From Qipengyuania sp. (GTDB taxonomy: Bacteria; Pseudomonadota; Alphaproteobacteria; Sphingomonadales; Sphingomonadaceae), in NCBI GenBank assembly GCA_965214525.1, contig OZ243959.1, positions 1,531,013 through 1,595,012 of the forward strand: a stretch of 64,000 nt of DNA. The letters are read 5' to 3'. Shown piece by piece: positions 8,509-16,440 of this stretch. Within the stretch, counting starts at the first letter, position 1. Each line of letters begins with the position of its first letter. The notes below the pieces were generated by a model that worked only from the letters and a program-made list of their open reading frames with translations, was not told the DNA's origin and made no database searches. The position numbers were made by a program, and so were the translations under genes.

Positions 8509-9450
8509 ATGAGCGCAATAGTCCATAAGGGTTGGCTGCGGCAGGCTAGAAACGGCCTCGTCTGGGCAACCGCCGCTACCGCGCTGGTGGTTACGAGCGC
8601 TCCGGCGGCTGCGCAGGACGACGACGATGCGCGGGTACGCAAGCTCGAACTGGAAGTGCGGGCTTTGCAGCGCAAGGTCTTCCCCGGGGGAGACGGCCGC
8701 TTTTTCGAGCCGGAAATTGCGCCGCCCGCAAGAAACATGAATACGCCTGAACCTGGCGTGCAAAGCACGAGCGCCCTTACAGATGTGCTGGCGCGGCTCG
8801 ATGCGCTCGAAGCCCAGATGCAACGAATGACGAGCCAGATCGAGTTGGGGCAGAATGCCCTGTCTGAAATGACCGAACGGATCGACGCGATTGAGGCTAA
8901 TGTTCGCGCAGGGCAGACCCAGCCGGATTTGCCGACCGAAGGCCCGATCGACACCGATGCCGTGGTCGGCACTGCGGCGGCGGCCGGTTCCTCTGCTGCC
9001 AACGCACCTGATCCCGCCCGCCTGGCACGCGTTCAAGCCATCACCAAGCCTGCGACAGGCGACCCGGCAGACGACGAATACGTCTATGGCTACAGGTTGT
9101 GGGAGGCCAAGCTGTATCCCGAGGCGCAACAGCAGCTGACTCGCTTTGTCGAGGCCCATCCGAACCATTCGCGCACGACATTCGGACGTAACCTGTTGGG
9201 CCGGGCCTACTTCGACGATGGTAAACCGCGCGATGCGGCGCCCTGGTTCCTGTCGAACTATCAAGCCGACAAGCAAGCTGCGCGCGCGGGCGACAGCCTC
9301 CTTTACCTCGCCAAGACGATGATCGCGCTCGACGATACCAGCCGGGCATGCATCGCACTGGCGGAGTTTGGCGATACCTATCCGGCGCTGGCGGTCGGTC
9401 GATTGGCGTCCGAATACCAGGCCGCGCGTCAGCAAGTCACCTGCAATTGA
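8509..9450 (+). CDS. cpoB: CpoB/YbgF-like TPR protein
   Basis: Signal peptide, coiled coil, TPR C-terminus (ACIALAEFGDTYP); upstream of tilS. Confidence 0.75.
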   Translation: MSAIVHKGWLRQARNGLVWATAATALVVTSAPAAAQDDDDARVRKLELEVRALQRKVFPGGDGRFFEPEIAPPARNMNTPEPGVQSTSALTDVLARLDALEAQMQRMTSQIELGQNALSEMTERIDAIEANVRAGQTQPDLPTEGPIDTDAVVGTAAAAGSSAANAPDPARLARVQAITKPATGDPADDEYVYGYRLWEAKLYPEAQQQLTRFVEAHPNHSRTTFGRNLLGRAYFDDGKPRDAAPWFLSNYQADKQAARAGDSLLYLAKTMIALDDTSRACIALAEFGDTYPALAVGRLASEYQAARQQVTCN

Positions 9451-10405
9451 TCGGCCGCTTCCTGCCGACGTAATCGCCCGCTTCGCGGCCGATTGCACTG
9501 CCGTGTTGCCGGCGATCGATGAGCCAGGCGTTCGCCTAGGCATCGCTGTTTCCGGCGGGGCGGACAGCGTTGCTATGCTGCTGCTGGCGCAGGCCGCGTT
9601 TCCGCAACGAATTGCGGCCGCGACAGTCGACCACGGTCTTCGCGACGAAAACGCCCGGGAAGCGGCAATGGTCGCACAATCATGCGAAGAACACGGCATC
9701 GCGCATGAGACCCTGCCGGTTCACGTCGCGCGTGGGAATTTGCAAGCGCAGGCCCGTGCCATGCGGTATGCCGCTTTGTCCCGATGGGCAGCGCGAGAGG
9801 GTCTAAAGGCAGTCGCCACTGCGCATCATGCTGACGATCAGGCTGAGACCGTGCTGATGCGCTTGAATCGTGGAAGTGGGCTTGGCGGCCTCGCAGGGAT
9901 AAGGAGAAGCATCGTCTTGAACGAAGGCCTGCATGTGGTGCGTCCGCTGCTCGGCTGGACAAAGGCGGAACTGATCCAGATCTGCGACGATCACCGCCTT
10001 GCCTATGTCGTCGACCCCAGCAATCAAGACGATCGCTTCGACCGGGTTGCGATGCGCCTTCAGCTTGCCTCTATCGACTGGCTTGACCCCCACGCGATCG
10101 GCCGGAGCGCCGACCATCTTGACCAGGCGCAAGAGGCACTCGACGAATGGCTGGAGATCCGTTGGCAGCAGGACGTCGTTCTACAGGACAATACGCTAAC
10201 CTATCGCGCACACGGCCCTCGCTACGTCCGCCTTTGCCTGCTCGAACGGGCGATCGCAACGTTCGGCGCATCGCCCCGGGGCAGCGCGGTAGCCGCGTTG
10301 CTCGACCGTCTGGAAGGGGGGAATGGCGGCAACCTTGCCGGAGTGCAGGCTATCGTAGACAGCGATAGGTGGGTTTTGCGACGCGAGAACCCACGCCGCG
10401 GCTAG
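9368..10405 (+). CDS. tilS: tRNA(Ile)-lysidine synthetase (start uncertain; in-frame GTG 9503 possible)
   Basis: AVSGGADS, VDHGLR, TAHHADDQAET, RPLL, DPSN motifs. Confidence 0.93.
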   Translation: MAIPIRRWRSVDWRPNTRPRVSKSPAIDRPLPADVIARFAADCTAVLPAIDEPGVRLGIAVSGGADSVAMLLLAQAAFPQRIAAATVDHGLRDENAREAAMVAQSCEEHGIAHETLPVHVARGNLQAQARAMRYAALSRWAAREGLKAVATAHHADDQAETVLMRLNRGSGLGGLAGIRRSIVLNEGLHVVRPLLGWTKAELIQICDDHRLAYVVDPSNQDDRFDRVAMRLQLASIDWLDPHAIGRSADHLDQAQEALDEWLEIRWQQDVVLQDNTLTYRAHGPRYVRLCLLERAIATFGASPRGSAVAALLDRLEGGNGGNLAGVQAIVDSDRWVLRRENPRRG

Positions 10406-11016
10406 CGCCGCAGGCTCGCTGCCCGCTTTGCCAACCTCTCGATCTGATCACGGTCCGGTTCGCCGCGCGGCGCGACCCAACTGCCGCCGACGCATAGGAC
10501 CGGGTCGAACGCAAGCCACTGCGCCGCATTGTCGGGTCCGATGCCTCCTGTAGGGCAAAAGCGACATTGAGCGAAGGGTGCGGCAAGAGCTTTGAGAACC
10601 GGCAACCCGCCCGAAGCCTCGGCAGGGAAGAATTTGAAATGGGTAAGACCCAGATCCAGCCCGCGCATGATATCGCCCGCATTGGCGATGCCCGGAAGAA
10701 AGGGCAGGTCAGCGCGCGCCGCCGCTTTGGCAAGCGGTTCGGTCAGGCCGGGAGAAACGGCGAACTGCGCTCCTGCGGCCTGTGCAGCGGCCAGTTCGAC
10801 CTGATTGGTTACGGTTCCCGCACCGACCACCGCGCCGTCCACCTTCGCCATTTCGCGGATCGCAACAAGCGCAGCGGGCGTGCGCAACGTGACTTCCAAC
10901 GCCCGTAGGCCCCCCGATACCAATGCCTCGGCCAATGGCCGTGCATGTTTCACGTCGTCGACGACGATGACCGGCACGACGGGGGCAAGCTTCATGATAT
11001 CGGCAATGGTCGTCAT
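10402..11016 (-). CDS. eda: KDPG/KHG aldolase
   Basis: LEVTLRT, VGAGTV, FKFFPAE, FCPTGGI motifs. Confidence 0.96.
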   Translation of the reverse strand: MTTIADIMKLAPVVPVIVVDDVKHARPLAEALVSGGLRALEVTLRTPAALVAIREMAKVDGAVVGAGTVTNQVELAAAQAAGAQFAVSPGLTEPLAKAAARADLPFLPGIANAGDIMRGLDLGLTHFKFFPAEASGGLPVLKALAAPFAQCRFCPTGGIGPDNAAQWLAFDPVLCVGGSWVAPRGEPDRDQIERLAKRAASLRR

Positions 11017-11993
11017 AATCTGTTTCCGTGTTCGCGGGCGAAGGCGGCCACGGCCCCGAACAGTCCCGGTTGGGGATGAACGATCAGCTTCACCGGGATC
11101 GACTGCATCAGCCCCTGGAACCGTCCCTTGGCCTGAAACCGCTCTGCAAAACCCGATCGAAGCAGCGTGTCGCGCAACCGGTAGCCAAGACCGCCGGCAA
11201 TCACCACGCCGCCGAACCCGCCCTGAGAAAGCGCGATATCGCCCGCCACGCTGCCGAGCGACAGGCAGAACCGGTCCACCGCAGCGGCGGCGAGGCTATC
11301 TTCGTCCTTCACACCGCGTGTCCAGATGGCCACATCGTCTTCCGGCATGGTTGGGCGGTTCTCCAGTGCCGCCAGCGTTTCATAGATATCGACGATAGCC
11401 GGGCCGGATACGACCCGTTCAATCGAAACGCGGGTGTGGCGTTTACGCAAGCGGGCGAGAATCGCGTCTTCGATAATGTCGAGCGGGGCGAAGTCGACAT
11501 GTCCGCCTTCGGTTGCCTGCACATGATATCTTCCGTTTTCGCCGCGCCATAGATGCGCGACGCCAAGGCCGGTCCCAGGCCCCAAGACGCTGATCGTGCC
11601 GGTCGAGGCCAGAGGCTCGTTCGGACCCGTCAAGTGCAGCAGCTGGTCTTCCGGCACGCAGGCGACCGCATGGGCGACCGCTTCGAAATCGTTGACGATG
11701 GTGAACCGTTCGCAGCCCAGCTTCGACGTGATCAGCGCCGGGCGAATGATCCACGGATTGTTGGTGAAACGAATGACCTCGCCTTTGACCGGGCCGGCGA
11801 TCGCCATGCTGACGGCATCGGGCAGCGTGCCGCCCTGGCGTGTGCGATAATCCTCCCAAGCGGTCTGGAAACTGCCATGGTCTTGAGTATGCAGCGTTTC
11901 GGGTTCGCCTAGCGTGATCGCACCATCCTCGCCGATCGAAGCCTGGGCGAACCGGGCGTGGGTGCCGCCGATATCGACCGCGACGAGTTCCAT
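11013..11993 (-). CDS. glk: Glucokinase
   Basis: DIGGTHARF, NDFEA, GPGTGLG, TEGGH motifs. Confidence 0.95.
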   Translation of the reverse strand: MELVAVDIGGTHARFAQASIGEDGAITLGEPETLHTQDHGSFQTAWEDYRTRQGGTLPDAVSMAIAGPVKGEVIRFTNNPWIIRPALITSKLGCERFTIVNDFEAVAHAVACVPEDQLLHLTGPNEPLASTGTISVLGPGTGLGVAHLWRGENGRYHVQATEGGHVDFAPLDIIEDAILARLRKRHTRVSIERVVSGPAIVDIYETLAALENRPTMPEDDVAIWTRGVKDEDSLAAAAVDRFCLSLGSVAGDIALSQGGFGGVVIAGGLGYRLRDTLLRSGFAERFQAKGRFQGLMQSIPVKLIVHPQPGLFGAVAAFAREHGNRL

Positions 11994-13804
11994 TACAGCC
12001 CGGCCATCGCCAACATCGCGCTGGCCCCTTTTTCCGCCTCGTCAGCGGTCGCACGGAACATGGCGAACAGTTCGCGGCCCATCCCCACATCCTGGGTCGG
12101 ATCAGCCGCCGGTTGGCGCGACGACAGGTCGGCGGTGGTATGCAGCAACCCGTCGAGCGCCGACAGGCGAATGATATCGCCGTCCTGGATACGCGCAAGC
12201 GGTCCGCCACCCAATGCTTCGGGTGAGCAATGGATAGCAGCGGGGACCTTGCCGCTGGCGCCCGACATGCGGCCATCCGTGACCAGCGCCACCCGGTAAC
12301 CGCGATCCTGCAGGACCCCGAGCGCAGGCGTCAGCTTGTGCAGTTCGGGCATGCCGTTCGCGCGGGGTCCCTGGAACCGAACGACCACCACCACGTCACG
12401 ATCGAGTTCGCCCCGCACGAACGCTTCCGCGACGGCCTTTTGCGTATCGAACACCAGTGCAGGGGCTTCGATGGTCCAACGTTCGCGCTCGACCGCGCTG
12501 GTCTTGAAACACGCCCGGCCCAGATTGCCCTTGACCAGCCGCATGCCCCCGTCGGATTGAAAGGGATCGTGCGCCGGGCGCAGCATAGTGTCATCACCAG
12601 ACGTGCCGATATCGCGCCAGACGAGATCGTCCCCGTCAAGGCCGGGCTCCTTTGTATAATCGTCCAGGCTGGCTCCCCAGATCGTGCAGATATCGCGATG
12701 GGCAAGTCCGGCTTCGAGCAATTCTCCGATCACGTATCCCATACCGCCCGCGGCTTGAAAATGGTTCACGTCGCCTGATCCGTTGGGATATATCCGTGCG
12801 ACCAATGGCACCGCTTGGGACAAGTCCGCGAGATCGGTCCAATCGAAAATGATGCCGGCCGCCCGGGCCATAGCCGGAATATGGATCGCGTGATTGGTCG
12901 AGCCGCCGGTCGCCAGCAGGCCGACTGCCGCGTTGGTTATCGCTTTCTCGTCCACGCATCGCGACAACGGGCGATGATCGTTGCCCTCCGCCGTGATCGC
13001 TGTGGCCCGGAGTACAGCAGCGCGGGTCAATTGCTGTCGCAGCTTGGTCCCCGGCTGGATGAAAGCCGCGCCCGGCACATGCAGGCCCATCATTTCCATC
13101 ATCATCTGGTTGGAATTGGCGGTGCCGTAAAAGGTGCAAGTGCCTGGCGAATGATAGCTGGCGCTCTCGCTTTCGAGCAGTTCGTCCCGTCCGATCTTCC
13201 CCTCGGCATAAAGTTGCCGCGTCGCCTGCTTTTCCTTGTTGGATATCCCGGTGGGCATCGGACCGGACGGCACGAGGATAGCCGGCAGATGCCCGAAACG
13301 CAGCGCGCCGATCATCAGTCCGGGCACGATCTTGTCGCAGATGCCCAGCAACATCATGGCGTTGTAGGATGCATGGCTCATCGCGATCGTCGTCGCCAGG
13401 GCAATGGCATCGCGGCTGAACAAGGAAAGCTCCATCCCGTCCTGCCCTTGCGTCACACCATCGCACATTGCCGGGGTGCCTCCGGCGACCTGGCAGGTAG
13501 CACCCGCTTCGCGCGCGTAGACCTTCATCTGCTCGGGATAGCGGCCGTAGGGCTGATGCGCGGACAGCATATCGTTATAGGCCGTCACGATGGCGATGTT
13601 AGGCCCGGTGGCACGCTTGATGGCCTCCTTGTCCTCCTGCGCTCCGGCAAAGGCATGGGCAAGGTTTGAGCAGGACAGCGAAAGCCGGTTGGGTTGCCGC
13701 TCCGCTTCGCGTTCGCACAGGTCGAGATAAGCGCGGCGGGTATCGCGCGAACGATCGGTGATACGCTTTGTCACCCGATGGATGGTATCGTGCAACTGGG
13801 TCAT
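11993..13804 (-). CDS. edd: Phosphogluconate dehydratase
   Basis: [45 protein letters not shown]. Confidence 0.97.
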   Translation of the reverse strand: MTQLHDTIHRVTKRITDRSRDTRRAYLDLCEREAERQPNRLSLSCSNLAHAFAGAQEDKEAIKRATGPNIAIVTAYNDMLSAHQPYGRYPEQMKVYAREAGATCQVAGGTPAMCDGVTQGQDGMELSLFSRDAIALATTIAMSHASYNAMMLLGICDKIVPGLMIGALRFGHLPAILVPSGPMPTGISNKEKQATRQLYAEGKIGRDELLESESASYHSPGTCTFYGTANSNQMMMEMMGLHVPGAAFIQPGTKLRQQLTRAAVLRATAITAEGNDHRPLSRCVDEKAITNAAVGLLATGGSTNHAIHIPAMARAAGIIFDWTDLADLSQAVPLVARIYPNGSGDVNHFQAAGGMGYVIGELLEAGLAHRDICTIWGASLDDYTKEPGLDGDDLVWRDIGTSGDDTMLRPAHDPFQSDGGMRLVKGNLGRACFKTSAVERERWTIEAPALVFDTQKAVAEAFVRGELDRDVVVVVRFQGPRANGMPELHKLTPALGVLQDRGYRVALVTDGRMSGASGKVPAAIHCSPEALGGGPLARIQDGDIIRLSALDGLLHTTADLSSRQPAADPTQDVGMGRELFAMFRATADEAEKGASAMLAMAGL

Positions 13805-13822
13805 GGATACGGTGCCTTTCGC

Positions 13823-15262
13823 TTATTCATGCCACGTCACGCCATCGCGTTCCGCCAACGCGATCGCTGCGCTCGGCCCCCAACTGCCGGCGGTATAGCT
13901 TTTGGGTGTTACGTCGTTGGCCGCCCAGTTGGCCCGTATGGCGTCGATCCAGGTCCATTGCGCCTCTACCTCGTCACGCCGCACGAACAGGGTCTGGTCT
14001 CCTTCGATCAGGTCGAGCAGTAGCCGTTCGTAAGCGATGCGGCGTTCCGCCCCCGCGAAGGCATCGGGCATCGAAATGTCGAGCGGCACGGCGCGCAGTT
14101 TGATTCCGTCACGGCCTAGCCCCGGCATCTTCGCCATCAGGGACAGATGGATGTTCTCCTCTGGTTGAATGCCGATCACGAGGCGGTTGGGTTCCGTCTT
14201 TGCTCCACGCCCTGCGAAGATGGAGAATGGAATGGAACGGAACTGGATGACGATTTCAGTGACCCGTTCGGGAAGGCGTTTGCCCGTCCGCAGATAGAAC
14301 GGCACCCCCTTCCACCGCCAATTGTCGATTTGCGCCTTGATTGCGGTAAAGGTTTCGGTGTCGGACGGTTTGCCAAGTTCCTCGTCGTAAGCCGGCACGC
14401 TTTTCCCGCCGATTGCTCCTGCCTTGTATTGACCGGTGACCGTCTCACCATCGGCGACCGGCCGAAGCGAACGCAGCACCTTCACCTTCTCATCGCGCAC
14501 GGCGGTCGCATCGAAGCTGGTCGGCGGCTCCATCGCCACGAGCGCCAGTAATTGCAGCATATGGTTCTGCACCATATCACGCAACGCGCCGGCATCGTCG
14601 TAGAATGCGACACGTCCTTCGAGTCCGACCGTCTCGGCTACGGTAATCTGCACATGGTCGATATAGTTGGAGTTCCAGATGGGCTCGAACAGGAGATTGG
14701 CAAACCGCAACGCCAACAGGTTCTGCACCGTTTCCTTGCCCAGATAGTGATCGATCCGATAGGTCTGGTCCTCGCTAAAGGCAGCAGCCACCGCGTCGTT
14801 GATCTCCTTGGAAGAAGCAAGGTCCCTGCCCAACGGCTTTTCCAGCCCTATCCGGACGTTGCCATCAGTGAGACCCGCATTGCGCAGACCTGCGATGGTA
14901 GGTTCGAACAGGCTTGGGGCGGTGGAAAGGAAGATGGCCAGACCATCGCTATCCCCGTAGACTTCCTTCGCCAATGCGTCGTAACCCTGTGGTGTCGTCG
15001 CGTCGATTGAACAGTAATGGAGGCGGTTGAGAAAATCGGCCATCCCGCCGCGTCGTTGGCTCGGTAGAAACTTCTCCAGTGCCTCGCGCGCAAGATCACG
15101 AAAACCGGCATCGGTCAGTTCCGAGCGCGCCGCCCCGACGATACGCAACCTGGCAGGCAACAGTTCATCCGCATGCAACGCGCATAGCGATGGTAGCAGC
15201 ATCCGTTGCGACAAGTCTCCAGTGGCACCAAACAGTAGCAGGCGATCCGCGGTAAATTGCAT
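13823..15262 (-). CDS. zwf: Glucose-6-phosphate dehydrogenase
   Basis: GATGDL, RIDHYLGKETVQN, RWKGVPFYLRTGKRL. Confidence 0.97.
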   Translation of the reverse strand: MQFTADRLLLFGATGDLSQRMLLPSLCALHADELLPARLRIVGAARSELTDAGFRDLAREALEKFLPSQRRGGMADFLNRLHYCSIDATTPQGYDALAKEVYGDSDGLAIFLSTAPSLFEPTIAGLRNAGLTDGNVRIGLEKPLGRDLASSKEINDAVAAAFSEDQTYRIDHYLGKETVQNLLALRFANLLFEPIWNSNYIDHVQITVAETVGLEGRVAFYDDAGALRDMVQNHMLQLLALVAMEPPTSFDATAVRDEKVKVLRSLRPVADGETVTGQYKAGAIGGKSVPAYDEELGKPSDTETFTAIKAQIDNWRWKGVPFYLRTGKRLPERVTEIVIQFRSIPFSIFAGRGAKTEPNRLVIGIQPEENIHLSLMAKMPGLGRDGIKLRAVPLDISMPDAFAGAERRIAYERLLLDLIEGDQTLFVRRDEVEAQWTWIDAIRANWAANDVTPKSYTAGSWGPSAAIALAERDGVTWHE

Positions 15263-15365
15263 CGGCGCATGATCCTTGAACAGGAGGCGGTTCGGCAAGA
15301 TCGCCTAGCATCATGTCCAACCCGATTCCAAGCCAAGCCCAAAACCGGCGAAGGCATGACGCAAA

Positions 15366-16163
15366 CTAGATGGCACTGACCTCGATGGTCTTTGAAATAA
15401 ATTCGCTCGCACCAAAAGTGGTCATGAAACTGGTATCGGCAGCATCCCGGCCGACGCCGATCTTCAACGTGTCTTCCGCCGTCGCCATGCCTGTCGCATC
15501 CACGATATGCCAGGCTCCGCCGTTCGGCTGCGTCGGATCGGCGAGGAAGACTTCGGCGACCGCATGAAAATCGGATGGAGAAACATTGGGTCCGTAACAG
15601 GACACGTAACGCGCCGGTATCGTGGAGGCTCGGGCCATCGCGATCATCACATGCGCATAATCGCGGCAGATACCGCGCCTTTCCAGAAAGCTGTCGACTG
15701 CAGTCGTCTGTGCGTTGCTGGTACCGGCGACGTAAGCAAAGTTTTCGGCGATCCAGTCACGCATGGCCAATACGCGCTTCCCCCCGCTGTTGCTTCCGAA
15801 TTCAGCGTTGATGAAGGATTGGAAGCGATCCGCCGGACAATATCGCGAATCGAACAGATACTTGACTGCGTCGGCGGGCATCAGATGGGTGTCCAGCTGT
15901 TCGAGCGAGGACAGGTCCGGCACCATCCGGCGCACAGCGACATCGGCCTGGTAATGAACATCCATCCGACCTTCGGCGCACAGCCACAACCGCTCTCCGA
16001 TAGCATCGTCGCCGGCCACGCGGGCGACCGGTTCCGATTCGCCAATGCGCGTCGCGGCGTTGGTCACCTGCTGTTCGGGAATGTCGGCCGCCTCGAACTG
16101 CAACAGCAGATCGGTTGGTTCGTCGGTAGAAAAGGTGAATTGCGTTGAAATGTGGAAAGCCAT
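15366..16163 (-). CDS. Transglutaminase-like family protein
   Basis: SRYCPAD, GICRDYAH, DFHAVAEV, IVDAT (Cys-His-Asp triad), GRDAAD. Confidence 0.9.
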   Translation of the reverse strand: MAFHISTQFTFSTDEPTDLLLQFEAADIPEQQVTNAATRIGESEPVARVAGDDAIGERLWLCAEGRMDVHYQADVAVRRMVPDLSSLEQLDTHLMPADAVKYLFDSRYCPADRFQSFINAEFGSNSGGKRVLAMRDWIAENFAYVAGTSNAQTTAVDSFLERRGICRDYAHVMIAMARASTIPARYVSCYGPNVSPSDFHAVAEVFLADPTQPNGGAWHIVDATGMATAEDTLKIGVGRDAADTSFMTTFGASEFISKTIEVSAI

Positions 16164-16173
16164 CGAACCGGTC

Positions 16174-16198
16174 AACGCATGACCCAACTACAGGTTTC
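16174..16198 (-). promoter_or_regulatory. Possible EcfG-type promoter for transglutaminase-like gene
   Basis: Minus strand GAAAC-N16-CGTT 10 nt before ATG 16163. Confidence 0.4.
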
Positions 16199-16255
16199 AG
16201 CTTAATAAAACGAAACGCGGCAACCCATTTTGGAACCCATCTAAGCCATCATGCG

Positions 16256-16287
16256 AAAAAAGGGGCCTCAGAACCGAGACCCCTTTT
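16256..16287 (-). terminator. Rho-independent terminator
   Basis: Minus RNA: GGGGUCUC-GGUUCU-GAGGCCCC-UUUUUU; the U-G wobble pairs only on the minus strand. Confidence 0.85.
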
Positions 16288-16312
16288 CTATCGTTGTTCT
16301 GCTAAGATGCGT

Positions 16313-16360
16313 TCAAGAGTGACGCGGTGTTCCGAGCAGCCAATGCCACATATTCCACAT
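16313..16360 (-). CDS. Putative Trp-rich micropeptide MWNMWHWLLGTPRHS (15 aa)
   Basis: AGGGAG RBS 7 nt before ATG; ATG TGG AAT ATG TGG CAT TGG CTG CTC GGA ACA CCG CGT CAC TCT TGA; terminator 25 nt downstream. Confidence 0.6.
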   Translation of the reverse strand: MWNMWHWLLGTPRHS

Positions 16361-16397
16361 AGCTAATCTCCCTGTTTCAAGAGAAGTGCACTATGCC

Positions 16398-16429
16398 TTA
16401 ACCATAAGTGTTCACCAAGTCCGTTAATC
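16398..16429. promoter_or_regulatory. CtrA-like repeats upstream of micropeptide ORF
   Basis: TTAACCAT, then TTCACC and TTAATC at 13-bp period. Confidence 0.4.
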
Positions 16430-16440
16430 TTTTTGTAAGC

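Noticed and set aside
8491-9699. 402-aa minus-strand ORF
   Set aside because: Antisense to cpoB/tilS; no recognisable domain
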